A DNA stretch of 63,168 bases, counting the filler, from Bigelowiella natans CCMP2755 (taxonomy: Eukaryota > Protista > Cercozoa), in assembly GCA_000320545.1 (NCBI GenBank). It is 8 parts of 8 records of this genome, joined end to end, with 100 filler letters (N's around TTAATTAATTAA, not from the genome) between each part and the next. Parts side by side here need not be neighbours in the genome. Positions count along the whole stretch, not along the records: positions 14,673 to 25,219 come from ADNK01001655.1; positions 25,320 to 30,184 come from ADNK01000806.1; positions 30,285 to 42,673 come from ADNK01000235.1; 5 more parts are not named here. One strand, given 5' to 3'. Every line of letters starts with the position of its first letter. Within the stretch, counting starts at the first letter, position 1. Under the pieces are notes generated by a model, which was given only the letters and a program-made list of their open reading frames with translations, was not told where the DNA came from and ran no database searches. Positions 14,573 to 30,294 of this stretch are shown piece by piece. A program made the position numbers and the translations under genes.

Positions 14573-14672
14573 NNNNNNNNNNNNNNNNNNNNNNNNNNNN
14601 NNNNNNNNNNNNNNNNTTAATTAATTAANNNNNNNNNNNNNNNNNNNNNNNNNNNNNNNNNNNNNNNNNNNN
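14573..14672. other. Artificial contig-join spacer (N-TTAATTAATTAA-N)
   Basis: 100-nt spacer with six-frame stops. Confidence 0.97.
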
Positions 14673-15009
14673 GGAAGAAATACATTGGATATGAGACCAA
14701 ACGCATGAAGCTCCCAACTCCGTCGCGCAAGATGTTTCAAATCGATAGCACGGAAGACTTGAATCTATGCACATAGAGTAGGACAGTTCCTCAGATCAAA
14801 TCTTGGCCAGTTAGGAGCAATATGCTTTATGATTGCTGCATTTCCTGGATCTGAATAGCCAATGGAAACAAGCAGATGGGAGAAAATGTGGGTCGATTGT
14901 GGTGCTTCTGGCTGGTGGTAGCAGCAATGCGGTTTATTCCCCCCCCCCCTCTTCTCTCTCTCTTTCTCTTTCTCTTTCTCTCCTGATTTTTTCGCTCCTT
15001 GTCGCTCAG

Positions 15010-15929
15010 ATGGACACGGTGCGGTTTGTTCAAAGCACCCTACGGTGATGCCGTATCTTATCAACTTCTGCGCCTCGATGGCACTAGGTAATGGCCTGGT
15101 ACACCTAGAGTACACGCGTTTGAAGTAGTTGTTGATTGGGAGAAGGGGAGAGGGGGGGTGGGGGTGAGGCTGTGTTGGACTTCACGATTTCGTCAAAGAG
15201 ATCGTTTCTCGGATTTGATTTGATGGCGGTGTTGTTTTCATTTCCCCCCCTCATATTTCTTCTTCTCCTTCTTCCTTCTAATCTCTCGCTTGGTCTTCTA
15301 TTGATCGTTATTATTCCAGGCTCGTCCTTCATCTATCTCCTTCAACGTCGTTGCGGGGCACTGACCGTGACTAAAACAACAACGGTTTGTTTGCATTGCT
15401 CGCTCCTGAGTCTCTTACCCATTCTCCCTCCCCTCCTTCAATCACTTGGCATCATCGTCTCCATGTTATCTCCTGCATCATCGTCATCGTTGTCATCATC
15501 ATCATCATCATCGTCACCGTAAAATCATTATTACCATCTTGGAAAGCATCATCTGTCTCATTGTTGTTGTTGTTGTTGTTGTCGTTGGTACTGCTCCGAT
15601 CGTAGGTTCGTAAGTTGTTTTCGGTGCTCGTGTCGGCGTACTACTTCGGGCACACAATCTCTTCTGTGCAGTGGATGGGGGTAACTCGGCGCCGTGTGTG
15701 TGATATGTGAAAGCGTGTGTGCGTTGTTTTTGTTGGCGCGGACTGATTTTCCACATGATCATACATGGCCATCATCACGCCTACCATCGTCTCAGCACCT
15801 TGACTCTGGTAACACAACGCGCAGGTTCTTGTTGTTTTCACCTCGAAGTTTACTGCTCCTCTGATCGCATCTGGCATATCGTCGTTTCTGAAGGGCCAGC
15901 CAAGTAGTCAAAAACAAAAGAAGGCCTAA
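15010..15929 (+). CDS. UAA-family (SLC35B-like) nucleotide-sugar transporter, 3' exons
   Basis: KHPTVMPYLINFCASMAL-GSSFIYLLQRRCGALTVTKTTT-VRKLFSVLVSAYYFGHTISSVQWMG-VLVVF...QKQKKA*. Matches the SLC35B TTTRKFF..SV..FGH...QW.G signature and ends in a di-lysine ER-retrieval tail. Confidence 0.8.
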
Positions 15930-16544
15930 AAGTAATATCCACGCCCATGTATTGGAGATCGCTATATTGCGATAAAAGAGAAGGGGAAATGTCCCCTTAT
16001 TCACGTGTAGCCAGGTGCATGTGTGTATTGTAGTGACAGTACTTCCATCAATAGCATGTGAGCGTACTAAGGACAGTGCGGATATTGTAGGCCTGGTAGG
16101 GAATGTTACATTGCACGTTTTAGCAATAACAACGACGCAGCAATAACAGAGACAGCCAACATAAAAATTACACCGGCAGCGCCGTGCATGCCTAAGGGAG
16201 TGTTCATGTAATGAACGCAAATGCTCCGACTTCTTGTGCATTTCTGTTATCGAAATAGTTACAAGTAGAAAGCTTTTGTTTGGAAAAAGCATAATAGCAT
16301 GCACACGTGCATACTATACAGCTTCATATGTGCGCTCCTGCTAACAGCCATCTCGCACGCTCTAAGTATCTAGTTTTTACATCGGTGTTTTTGCGCGATT
16401 CATAATATGAGCTACACAGTAGGCGTTGTTACAGTTGATTATAGGCAAAGTAATATTATATACGTTTGTATAGGATGACTAATGGAAATATTTAATCAAC
16501 ATAATATTTTGCACGCGTGCCAAGTCTAGCTAGCAGCAACTATG

Positions 16545-19500
16545 CTATCGCCTTGCTTCCCTCTTCGATCTACCCCTCTCTGGACGTATGTATCTCAACC
16601 CCTTCATAACCTCCGCGGAGATATTTGAAGGCCGTGCAGAAGGCATAGCGTGCACCATCTCTTCGAGCGTTCCCTTCAGCAGAAGCTGCTCGACTCGAAC
16701 TTCCGCGCGTTTCGAGCCAATGCGCCAAGCGCGAGCGATGACCTGCTCCTCTTCGGCTGGGTTCCAGATCTTATCGATTAGAAATACACGCTCTACCATC
16801 GAAAGGTCCAGCCCATGCGAACCTTCTCGTGTCAGGAGGAGCACGTGACATCTGACCTTCTGCCGTATTGGCAAAACATTCCTGGGCCGTCGGACGGAGC
16901 ATCGCCGTGCCTTTACTACCGTCCCCTCGCGCGCCTCTGTCTGATCTCCAAGTCGGGAACTCCAGCTCACACGCTGGCCGATGCTAGTGAGAGGGAACGC
17001 CGTGTGGCGAAACGATGTCAGCAAAATGGGATTTCGCCTCTAAACTTTCTTCGATGATTTGTTGGGATGGTGATTTCGATGCCGACCACGCACATTGTGA
17101 AGATTCAATGTTTTTGAAATCGCCCCCCCCCCTTCCCCCCCTTCCCTATCGTTTGCCTCAGAATTTTCAGTTGGGCCCTATGCACGACATGCTGTTTACC
17201 TGATGACCCGACCAAGAAAGTCACCGTCGAGCACGTCTTTGGGCATGACAGTGTGAGCTGTAGAGCCGTTCCTGCCATCGTCTGTAATGATGTGCACAAG
17301 CTCGCGCTGGCAACGATCAGAACTCCAATCATTCTCAAAACCATCCCCCGCTCCGCACTTGTCGCACCGCCACGTGAGCACCTCATCATGTGTGAACCTT
17401 TAAGAGTGAAGATTTAGCTGGAAACACACATACTCATGCCCCCCCCCCCCCCCTTTCACTTTTTCACTCACACGCACAAATAGAGGGGGAAGATAGGGAA
17501 GAGTGAGAAGGTAGGAGGTAAAGGCATAAGGGGAAAACAAGACTTTCTTAGCTCGAGCTGATTTCTCGATGAGTAGAATTCTCCAACAGCATTCTTTCCA
17601 AAAGTGTGAATCAGCGAAGTCCCCACGAGGTCAAGACACTTTCGCATCGACGAGTAAATCAGGCACTTCGTTGAGATTGACTTTCCTGCAAATATCGAGT
17701 TTCGAATTACGATGTCATTTGTTGTGTTCACACTGAACCGAACAATCGTCAATTTATGAAATGCTCTTTTGCGTAGATGCCAACAAAAATGTATTTTCCG
17801 AACCTTTTCGCCTTGCAAGCAGTGCTTTTATTTCCTGGATGACGTAATGGGCCTTTTGCGACAATTCGAGCATGTATGTGCTATCTTCTATCACAGCCCT
17901 ATTCGCCATAAAAGGCAGTGAGAGTGATGATGGCTTGCGCGAATCTGCACAAGCACTCTCTTGTCGGTGGCTTTGACCATGGTATTTTTCACCCTCCCTG
18001 AAACCCTCTCTAAATATTGGGGACGTCGATAACCGCCTCTGCTGCGTGGTAACTGCGCGACCACGTATCTTGTGAAGGCGCTCTGTCAGAGTCTCCATCC
18101 AGTGCACCTTTGTCCCAGGCTGTAAGAACGCCCACCGATCCGCATCAAACGGCCCGAATTTGCACCATGGACAATGAAGATTCGTAGCGGTGACGCATTC
18201 CGCGCAAAACGCGTGCCCACAAGGTCCTAGGTATCTGAGAGATTAACAGAGGAAATAGAGAATTCACATTTGTGTCGTCATTCATAGAGATGCATTTTTG
18301 TAACACACCTGAGGAGTAGCCCTTCCATTCCACAAACGCATGAGAAAGGCTTAGACTCACCCAGCTCCTGAACAAATTTGACTGCCTTTGCCACCTTATG
18401 CTCGACGTCTATGCCATTCAAGACAAGATTTTCCTTTTTCATCTGGTGTGCCTCCCAGTAGCGCCGCATCTCGTTCGCGACTTCCTGTGTTGCCATGGGT
18501 TCCAACTCTACGATCTTCAGAGATATGTAAATTTGAAATTTGATAAGACTCGTAAGTTTGTCTCGCTATGAACGGAATTTATGGAAAATCTAAGTTGACA
18601 GAGGTACGCGTGAAATCACCTGAGGCCCCCCACCAACGCAACTAAGTCTTAGATTCAGCATTGTCTCGAGCATCATCTTCCTGTTCTTTGGATTCAATAG
18701 TGATACGCCCCAACCCTTTGAAAAAAGAAGACCATAAGTGTCGACACCCTTCTTTCCACCCAAGATCATGAAATCTTACTTCGTTTGAATCGCCGATGGA
18801 AGTCGTAAGGAGGTTCATCTGTACAACGGAAACGAGTGTGTTGTACGTACTGCGCTCTATGGGCGAGGGCTGGAGGAGGACTGTCTTTCGCGACAGTCGT
18901 GGCAGCAATCGCCCCACTTCTTTCTTGGTATGCTGAAGCATTATGCGAGCCAGAGTGTCGCTTGCACGCCGCATCCCTGTGCCGATGGAATGGTAAATTA
19001 TTTGCATGTGCATTACTCACGAAGTGACTGTACCTCCACAACAGCCGCGAACGACAGGATTTCCGACAAGCCTTCTAAAAATATCAGAGGAATCTCTTCC
19101 CGCGGCTGCCGTCGCGGAGAATAGAGTAGGGTGTAAGAATTTGAGCATGGCTTCCAACACTTTTACGTCTTCTCGGGGCTTGGAAAGAGCTACAGGAGTG
19201 CCTGTAAGGATCCAACGACTTCCCGCATTCAGTGAAGAGAGGAAATGTGCGTGCTGTTTTAGCATAAAGTTTGAGCGGGGAAAAAAATCGTTAGCCGACA
19301 GTAGAATGGTATTCATGAGAACCTTTACGGAAGGGTAATGGTAATACTAATTATGCTGGAAAAGGTGACAGAAAACAAATTGTTCCCATTCGTACAGTCT
19401 AAAAGTGAAAATATTTCCGACCTCCGTCCTTATGGAACGGCCAACTGTGTGTCCCTCGTCCACGACTATCCGCGTGAAAACTATGCGACGAAGAGAAGAC

Positions 19501-22170
19501 AATGCGGGTTTGCTCACGAAAGAAGAATGCGCTTTCTGCTTCTCCCTTTTCTCACGCATTGCTTCCAGTGTGAGTCTTCGATAACTCACAACGACAATCA
19601 GGTTTCTGCAGATAGGAATGTAGCAAATGCAACCGGGCGGTGTGGAATGGAAATCAAAAGGAAAGCACAACGCAAGAATATAGAAAGGAGGTGTGAGAGT
19701 GATCGATTTTATAGAAATCAATTGCTACGTTTTTCCACATATATTCTCACCTCCTTAGCTCCTCCGGGCTCGGAAGCCATTGAGGGTCAGCTCTATCCTC
19801 GCGAATCCCCAAAGAGTCAATGTAAACTCCACACACATCCCACTCTTTTCTCAACCGCCCCATTTCTTCTCCCCTCGTTTTCCCATCTCTATGCTTCCTT
19901 TTAAAACCTTGCCGTCGCACGCTACCGCATAAGTCTCCATGGACGTGCCTTCAGGTGGGGCGGGGAAATTTGTCAAATAAGCGAACTTTATCAATAAGCC
20001 AACGAAAAAAAATTCGATTGTTGGGAAAAATTCAACTCACGCATACATCATGGTAAAGATGGATTACGATTAGCAGAAAATAGGCATTATTTGAGTAGAA
20101 AATTTGCCTTTCAATCTGCTGGCGCCAGTGCTCAATAAGTGCAGGTGGGACAACAATAAGTGTCGTGGCGCTCGGGAGCAATGAGGCTCTAGCACGTCGA
20201 AACACTGAGCGCGCTGATATTCCTCGGTTGATGACAAAACGTTTCGGCCACCTTGACACTGAACCTACATGCTGCATGCTGACGCTCGTCGATCTAGAAA
20301 CGGCTATCACCTTTCCCCCTGAAATTACATCCTTAATACCACTTGGGAAGGACGTGTACAGGCTGTTCAGCACGGAATCAAGGTAGGAGAACGAAATATT
20401 GTTGAGTTCAGCACGTTGTTGGGCTTGCGATACGAAGGCCTCCCAAATGCCTTGGAAATGCTGATGAAGGCAATGAGAACGGCTGGCCAGGCTTTCAGAA
20501 AGCTCGTTAAGGAATGCTCTTCTTGAACGTGCAACCTCCCTGTCTTCTTTGCTAAATGATTGCTGAGAGACATGCTTCCTACGAAGATACCGACAGATGT
20601 GCTGGACAGCATTATCGTGTTTTTTAACGGAAGAGGGCGATGATCTTTTGACCATGGACGCGGATGAGGATGCTAATGATACTTGTGGGGACGCCATGCG
20701 GCCGTTCGATGCCAGAATCAGCGCTAGAACTGTCACGGTCTGGCCACATGTAAAAGAGAGGTTGGATGGTGGATGCTATCTCAGGATTGTAATGAAAGCC
20801 TAAGGCTGCGCCCGAATAGGACGCAGCACACATTGTTATGGGGTCGTCCACTCGATAAATGTGTTCTGAAAATGCAATCCTCTCGGAGACTTGACGTTGT
20901 ATTTCCATCGTCTAAAAATGAAGGAGATGCAGAATACCTTACCAAGCCCTGGGCCGTCACACAACATGCCCCCCCTCGAATCAACATGGGGAAAGTGATC
21001 CTGTGAGCTTTTGAACAGACATGGCGCGAGCCCATAAAAACCACGCATACACGCAAAATGCACAGCGTTAGGCTTAACCGTAATTGAAAAGGGGCCAGCG
21101 TATCATCACGTATTCGTTTTTTTTTAATTGTGTGGTGGAAGCGCATGTCAACTTCAACCTCTTCGCATCGTGCTTTGAGATACAGCCAGACTCTACATCA
21201 AGGTAGGCCACGGAAACCGAATCGGTGTTTGTGCTGAATTCCTCACTCCCTTTCTCCACATTGCTACGAAGCGCTATCGAGGTGCCGACACACTGCGGGG
21301 GGGTCCTTTCGCGCATCATCATCCATCGAAGGCCTACATGTACATTGCAGCAAACCTCTTGTGTTTATCATCCGTTTGTATAGACACAGTAAATGGGAAG
21401 ATGTAAAGAATATATTTCTTCTTTGAAGACCACCTTGCCGTTGGTGCGGGAAGAGCTGACAATTTAACCTGGATTCACGTACAAAAAATAGCAATTTAAC
21501 CTGAATCCACGTATCGAAAAATAGCAAATCAACCCCCTCATTTCGTACTTGCTCTGCCGCTCCCCCACCCCTCATTTCACAGTCTCGAATGTCTCATGTA
21601 ATACCCTACTGGATACGCGTAGAGGGTCGCGTGTAGCGATTTGCAAGCAACAACAAAGCGTGGCTTGTCTCTGTGACTTAAGCAAGAGAGAATTCTATAA
21701 AGGCATTCAAGTGGAAGCTCGGTGATGAGAGATTGGGGGGTATGATTATCATCCTCATTGCCACCCCCACCTGCCCAGCCTTCCCAACTTCGTCCACATT
21801 TGGGCTGAAAGGCTGATTAGACGATAGAGGAGGGGGGGGGGAGGTGTTGGAAAAGAGTGAGTTTGGCCTTTGAACCAATGCCTTTGTATGGAATACCGTG
21901 CATCTATTGTTAGTGTCTCTACTTAATTAATCTCGTCGTTGTTGTTGTTGTTGTTGTTGGTGGTGGTGGTAGTGGTGGTGGTAGTGGTGGTAGTGTTGCC
22001 GTCGTTTTTCGAGTCGTCTCGTTACTGCTGCTGCTATTTGAATGCGACCAATGTCATCCAGCATTCCATAGAGAGGCAGGGTGTCGCGAGATCTAACGCC
22101 TGGCCAAATCGCCATTAAGAAAAACGTGAAAGAGAGAGAGGGAGAGGGAGAGAGCGAGAGAGAGAGAGAG

Positions 22171-22219
<49 letters not shown>

Positions 22220-22723
22220 GAGAGAGGCGGTGCGGTGACATAAAGCAATGCCAAGGAACATGACGAATAGCTCATAGAAAGCAGAAGATTTCTTTTCAAA
22301 CACATACCACTGGAAACCCTTGCTTCTTGCTTCTCCCGCTCCTCCGCCTGCAGCTCGTGCGCGGATTCAAAGATCTCTCCCAGTACAGACGGCGGCACGG
22401 GGGCGCGCGATGTGGAGACTGATAACGAGCACGGCAAGGACGATGGCGTCGAGGACAATGGTGGCTCGTAGCTGCGGCTACCCAACGATTCATCGTTACT
22501 AGAAGATACAGAACTAAAGCGAGAGGAGGCCACGGGAGAATAGCTCGGTGGCGCCGGTGACAGTGGAGAGGAGGGGGGGCGGGACGACGAGGAGGGGGGG
22601 GGCGGCGTTAACACGGAGGCAGGGGTCAGGAATGACTCGAACAAAGCCGAGCAATCTGCACGCAATCACATGGATCATTGAGTCAAGCAGATGGCGAGAA
22701 ACGATGCAAGCTGCTAAACAGAT

Positions 22724-22764
<41 letters not shown>

Positions 22765-24112
22765 GCCTTCTGATATTCTCAAGCAAATCCACCACAACGA
22801 CCATCTTCATCATCCGAAATCGTCGGTGCTGCAACCGTCCCTGGCCCCAGCTTCGAGCACGCTCCTTTCCCTTTCGAATCCGCCGGCTGATGGCTCATCA
22901 CCTGTTGTGTTTGGGCATCTATATCAGCGGCGGCGTACTTATGGTGCAACGAGCGAGGTTCTCGGGTAAAAAGCGATGGCAATCGGCACTGTTAAATTAT
23001 AGATAATGAATAGCCTCTCTATTCGTAAAGAGCGATCTAGTTCTTACGTGCAGGGAGGGAGGGGCGTTGGCTGCGGCTCTCGCCGACGACGCTTGCGGCG
23101 GTTTCGATGATGACGAGGAGGGCGGCGATGATGGGAAATAGGCGCAGAGAACTTCCGACAATGCCCCCCGGACTTTGCAAGGAACGAGGAGGTCAAGGTT
23201 TACATGGAGCTCTGTATCGTTTCTGAGATGGAAGATCGATAGCGATGCGAGGGAGGTGGGGAGGAATGCTGACTTCAAACCGATGATGAGACAGAGTATA
23301 TATATATTGAATGGTGGCGGGTATTTTTGTTTTTGTGTATAGCTTACATGAGCTGACACTTGATGGTGAGCCCTGCCGCGCTCCTTAGAAGATCTGGGTG
23401 ACAGGGAAGAGAGGGCGGAGGAGGGAGAGAAACGAATCATCACTCAGCAGATCGACATGTTTTGGTGAAGATTCACGTGCGCTCACCACAACCATGCAAA
23501 TGTTCGCATAGAATTCGAACGCAGTGGCTTGAGTTTGCTGTGCTAATTGCAATCCCTCAATAATGAATGACCTTTCAGGTACTTCGAGTCGTCCCTCAAG
23601 TTTCTGTAACGTGATGATGAGGACGGTGGCGAATCCGATGGGGAGCTCTGGGTCGCGGGAAAGAGGCGAAATTCATCCCCGCGAAGCCTGCCGCCAGTAA
23701 AACAAGTGAGGGATTTTTGTACGTTGGCTCTTTAGATCGGTGTTCGGTGGCTTTACCATTCAATGCGCGTGATCTCCGTCGTTGAGACGCGCGATGAGGT
23801 GCTTACAAGCCGAGAATTCGAACAGATTCTTTTAGCTCGATGGATTTTTATCATTTTCTCCTTGCCTCTTTTATTATCGGTGCTTTGGGTCGGCACATCC
23901 TCGTTCCTTTGCAGCCAAAACGAGATCCTTCCGTGCCACACACAGCGTTTTTTCCCCTCCCAGGCCTCCCCCCCGCGGTTGGCACGGGTAGGTTTCTTCG
24001 GAGTTTCGGACTCATTCGCTAAGTTGCTTAGACGGGGACGTTTATGATTTGGAGATCCGGGAAGGGGAGGGGGGTGGTGACACCGGAGCTCGCCCTTCGC
24101 TTCGGCTAGCAT
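16545..24112 (-). CDS. SNF2-family helicase/ATPase (Rad5/16-like, possibly the F-box-SNF2 type), multi-exon
   Basis: LFPHQR, RGGMLCDGPGLGK-TVTVLALIL, ATTLIVVPPALIEHWRQQI, RIVVDEGH, RWILTGTP, and HELICc GSHGLDLSMVERVFLIDKIWNPAEEEQVIARAWRIG. The 5' exons and start codon are uncertain. Confidence 0.85.
21461..21530. repeat. About 32-bp imperfect tandem repeat in an intron of the SNF2 gene
   Basis: aatttaacctg(g/a)at(t/c)cacgta..aaaaatagc x2 plus a partial third copy. Confidence 0.7.
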
Positions 24113-24478
24113 CGCTCGTTCTTCACGTTTTGTGTGAATTTTGTGGTGAACTAGGAGTTTTTTAATGCGATAAATATCTAAGTAATGTATTAGTTTTACT
24201 GATTTCTCCCTTATCTCCGAGGAGTCAATAATTCTTCATGAAGATTATCGAGTACGCTATTATCCGCTTGATATTTGATCTGGATCATCAGAATCTTCGG
24301 CAACGCCATAGGGCCATTTTACTAAAATATCCTTTGATTTCCTTTATTTTAGACCGAATTGCATGGGATTTTTGTGGTATAAAACCGGTTTAAAATCGAC
24401 AAAAGTGAGCGTGTTGTCTCTTCTTCTGGATCGCGGAGCCTCTCCCCCTCCCCCTTCCCTCACGCCGCATCAGCTACC

Positions 24479-25067
24479 ATGGTTTCTGGCCAGATCGTCT
24501 TGTTTGGAATGCCCCTCGGAGCCGCGGTGCGAATGACAGTTGTTGAGAGGGAGATCTGGCGTTGGTTGTGTGTGCGAGGAGGAGGGTTGCTGAAATTACG
24601 CTACTTCCGCTCAGGTTTCAGCCATCGTCTGCTCAATTCTTCTCGTTGCGTTCGTCGCCGCCTTCGTTTACAACCGTCTACCATACAGGTTGTCATGCCC
24701 CAGTTCAATATAAAGGAATAAGGACTCATCCTTCGTCTATCCCCCGCCCCCACCCCCCCCCCTTCCGCTCTCAGGTTTCCTTCCTCCTATTTGTGGTCAG
24801 TGAATGGCCAAGAGCTCGGCGACTCGGGGTGCAAACGGGTGGCAGGTTCTGATTTCATAGCCTTGAATATCTCCTCCTCCATCATATCACTGTGCAACAA
24901 CTGCTATATGTAGCCGCAGTGCGAAGCCATGCTGAGAAGCCCCCTCCCCCCCCCCCGTCACTGGGGCGGCTTTGGATGCGCAAGAACAGCATGGGGCATG
25001 ACGGAGTCAAATCTCTCTGCAAGTCGTTGCTATCGTTGGGCTACGTGCTCGATGAAGTCGACTTTGG
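24479..25067 (+). CDS. 5' part of a membrane-anchored protein with an RNI-like leucine-rich repeat (truncated by contig end)
   Basis: Exons VSAIVCSILLVAFVAAFVYNRLPY (TM), FPSSYLWSVNGQELGDS and MGHDGVKSLCKSLLSLGYVLDEVDFG. Confidence 0.45.
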
Positions 25068-25219
25068 GTAGGAAAAGCAAGGGAGGGAAAGGGGGGGGGG
25101 GGTGGAGGAGCGCTCGCGATGAATCCTTGATCATCGTTATCCTCTTGGCTTTTTCCTCTGAACATCAGCCCCTCCATACACTAGCCCGAATAACACATGC
25201 GATCGTGAATGCTCCTCAA

Positions 25220-25319
25220 NNNNNNNNNNNNNNNNNNNNNNNNNNNNNNNNNNNNNNNNNNNNTTAATTAATTAANNNNNNNNNNNNNNNNNNNNNNNNN
25301 NNNNNNNNNNNNNNNNNNN
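25220..25319. other. Artificial contig-join spacer
   Basis: N-TTAATTAATTAA-N. Confidence 0.97.
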
Positions 25320-25323
25320 AGAG

Positions 25324-25354
<31 letters not shown>

Positions 25355-25409
25355 TAGTGCGCCCGCGCGCTTCTTAAAAATGATGGATATAAAACAGTAT
25401 GCATGCACA

Positions 25410-25976
25410 TACCAAAAGTCTGCAGAGCCCGGGCCCACTTTGTAGGGTCTATCAGGTTCATCAGAATCCAATTTATCTTTCTTCATTTCGGCAATCCGGG
25501 CATCTATCTTCTTGTCCTTCGCATACTGTTTTATTGACATGCAGCCAACAACGCCAAGTACAGAACAAAAAAATTACAATTTGCACACATACTGACATAG
25601 GTTTTCAGGTTCTCGCTGCATGGAGACTATCTTCTAGAACATTAAAGAAATGTTTCGATTTGGCACAGATGTGAAACATTGCATCAGGAACGACCAAATG
25701 TTGCGCAAAAAATGGTTTTGGAAGCAATGGGCAACTCACTTTTTCCTCGATTTTTCTTCTCATTTCTTCCCGGATTTTGTCCTTTGCAATCTTTCGTTCA
25801 GAAGCATCCAGATCCCCCCAGTTTTTTTCCTCAATGCTTGTGCCGTCATCGTTGTGTTTGATATCCTTAGCGTCCTCCAGATCTGGAATGTTGTCTTTTC
25901 CCTCTCCACTTCTCTTCGCATCTTCCCCGCTCTCATTTCTAGCGCCTCCCCGAAACAAATTCTTCACTTTTTGCAT
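25410..25976 (-). CDS. Hypothetical charged protein, partial
   Basis: Protein-like spliced segments MQKVKNLF...KIREEMRRKIEEK and MSIKQYAKDKKIDARIAEMKKDKLDSDEPDRPYKVGPGSADFW. No family recognised. Confidence 0.45.
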
Positions 25977-26865
25977 AGCTTGATATGCTGCTCGCTGCGC
26001 CGGAAGGGATGAACGTGATCTGCTTCTCCGCTGTCCAATGTAGGAATAGAGGTGGGAGCGGAGAGGAGCTGTACAGAGCGAAACAAGTCTGTTTCAGACC
26101 TTCGCTGATTGTCCTTTTAATAGATATTGTTACAAATGGATTCTTATTTATCAATGCGACAATCTTATTTTCATTGTCTCAACGGGCATATCTGCAAAAT
26201 TTAATGCGAGCCATTCACATCGACCATTTGGGCTGGTATTCTCTATGGATGTACGCCTTTTGTGTAGGAGAATATACAGCTGAGACAACCCCAACGACGT
26301 GACGCTGGTGTGAAAATCATATCAAGATCTCAAACGTCTTCCCAAAGGAAATGTGTTCGCGATATCTGCAAAGCACGCATCCTATTTTTAAAGCTCGTCA
26401 AAGGAACGTCCGCAAATAATCACAGAATCTCTTGCATTCTGCGGCAATATCTGGCTCTCTGACATGTCGCACACCATGTCAAAAGATACGTAATTTGGCC
26501 TCAAGAAAAAAAAAAGTGTTCCGCTGTTGTTGTTCAAAAGGATCACTGTTGCAAACTGTTGCGCCAAGAGGCGAATACAAATCCAAGAATGTTAGGATAA
26601 TCTAAGTAAATTTAATCCTTAAAAACTGTCTCCCCGACTGGACTTTTTCGCCTGATCGGCCGGTGAATGCGTGGAAGAACTTGCATAAACAATGGAATAT
26701 ATATCGTAAATATTTTTCCCAATTAGACGACTTAGGTAGGGTTAAAAATACAACCTGTGTCTAACCATCCCCTCTCTCGAAGGCGTTGGCTGAAGGTACA
26801 TGTTGCTCAGAGTTTGGCGACCGCCTTCTCTTATGGTTTGTTTGATACCACATCTAGCTGCAGCA

Positions 26866-30066
<3,201 letters not shown>

Positions 30067-30184
30067 CGTTAAGATGATGGCCATCGTCATCATCATCTGG
30101 AGGAGGAGGAGGAGGAGGAGGATTATGATTATGTCTATGAGTATCTACAGCGTCCTAACGCTCCCCCCAAGATAAAGATAGAGA

Positions 30185-30284
30185 NNNNNNNNNNNNNNNN
30201 NNNNNNNNNNNNNNNNNNNNNNNNNNNNTTAATTAATTAANNNNNNNNNNNNNNNNNNNNNNNNNNNNNNNNNNNNNNNNNNNN
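30185..30284. other. Artificial contig-join spacer
   Basis: N-TTAATTAATTAA-N. Confidence 0.97.
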
Positions 30285-30294
30285 AAGGTCAACG

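Noticed and set aside
14573-14672. Palindromic TTAATTAATTAA within N runs (seven occurrences)
   Set aside because: Identical 100-nt six-frame-stop linkers are assembly concatenation artefacts, so gene clustering across them is meaningless.
15010-15050. Apparent frameshift in the SLC35B-like exon (MDTVRFVQ versus KHPTV frames)
   Set aside because: One missing A in a short A run near a contig start, or a different splice phase, explains it; not evidence of recoding or a pseudogene.
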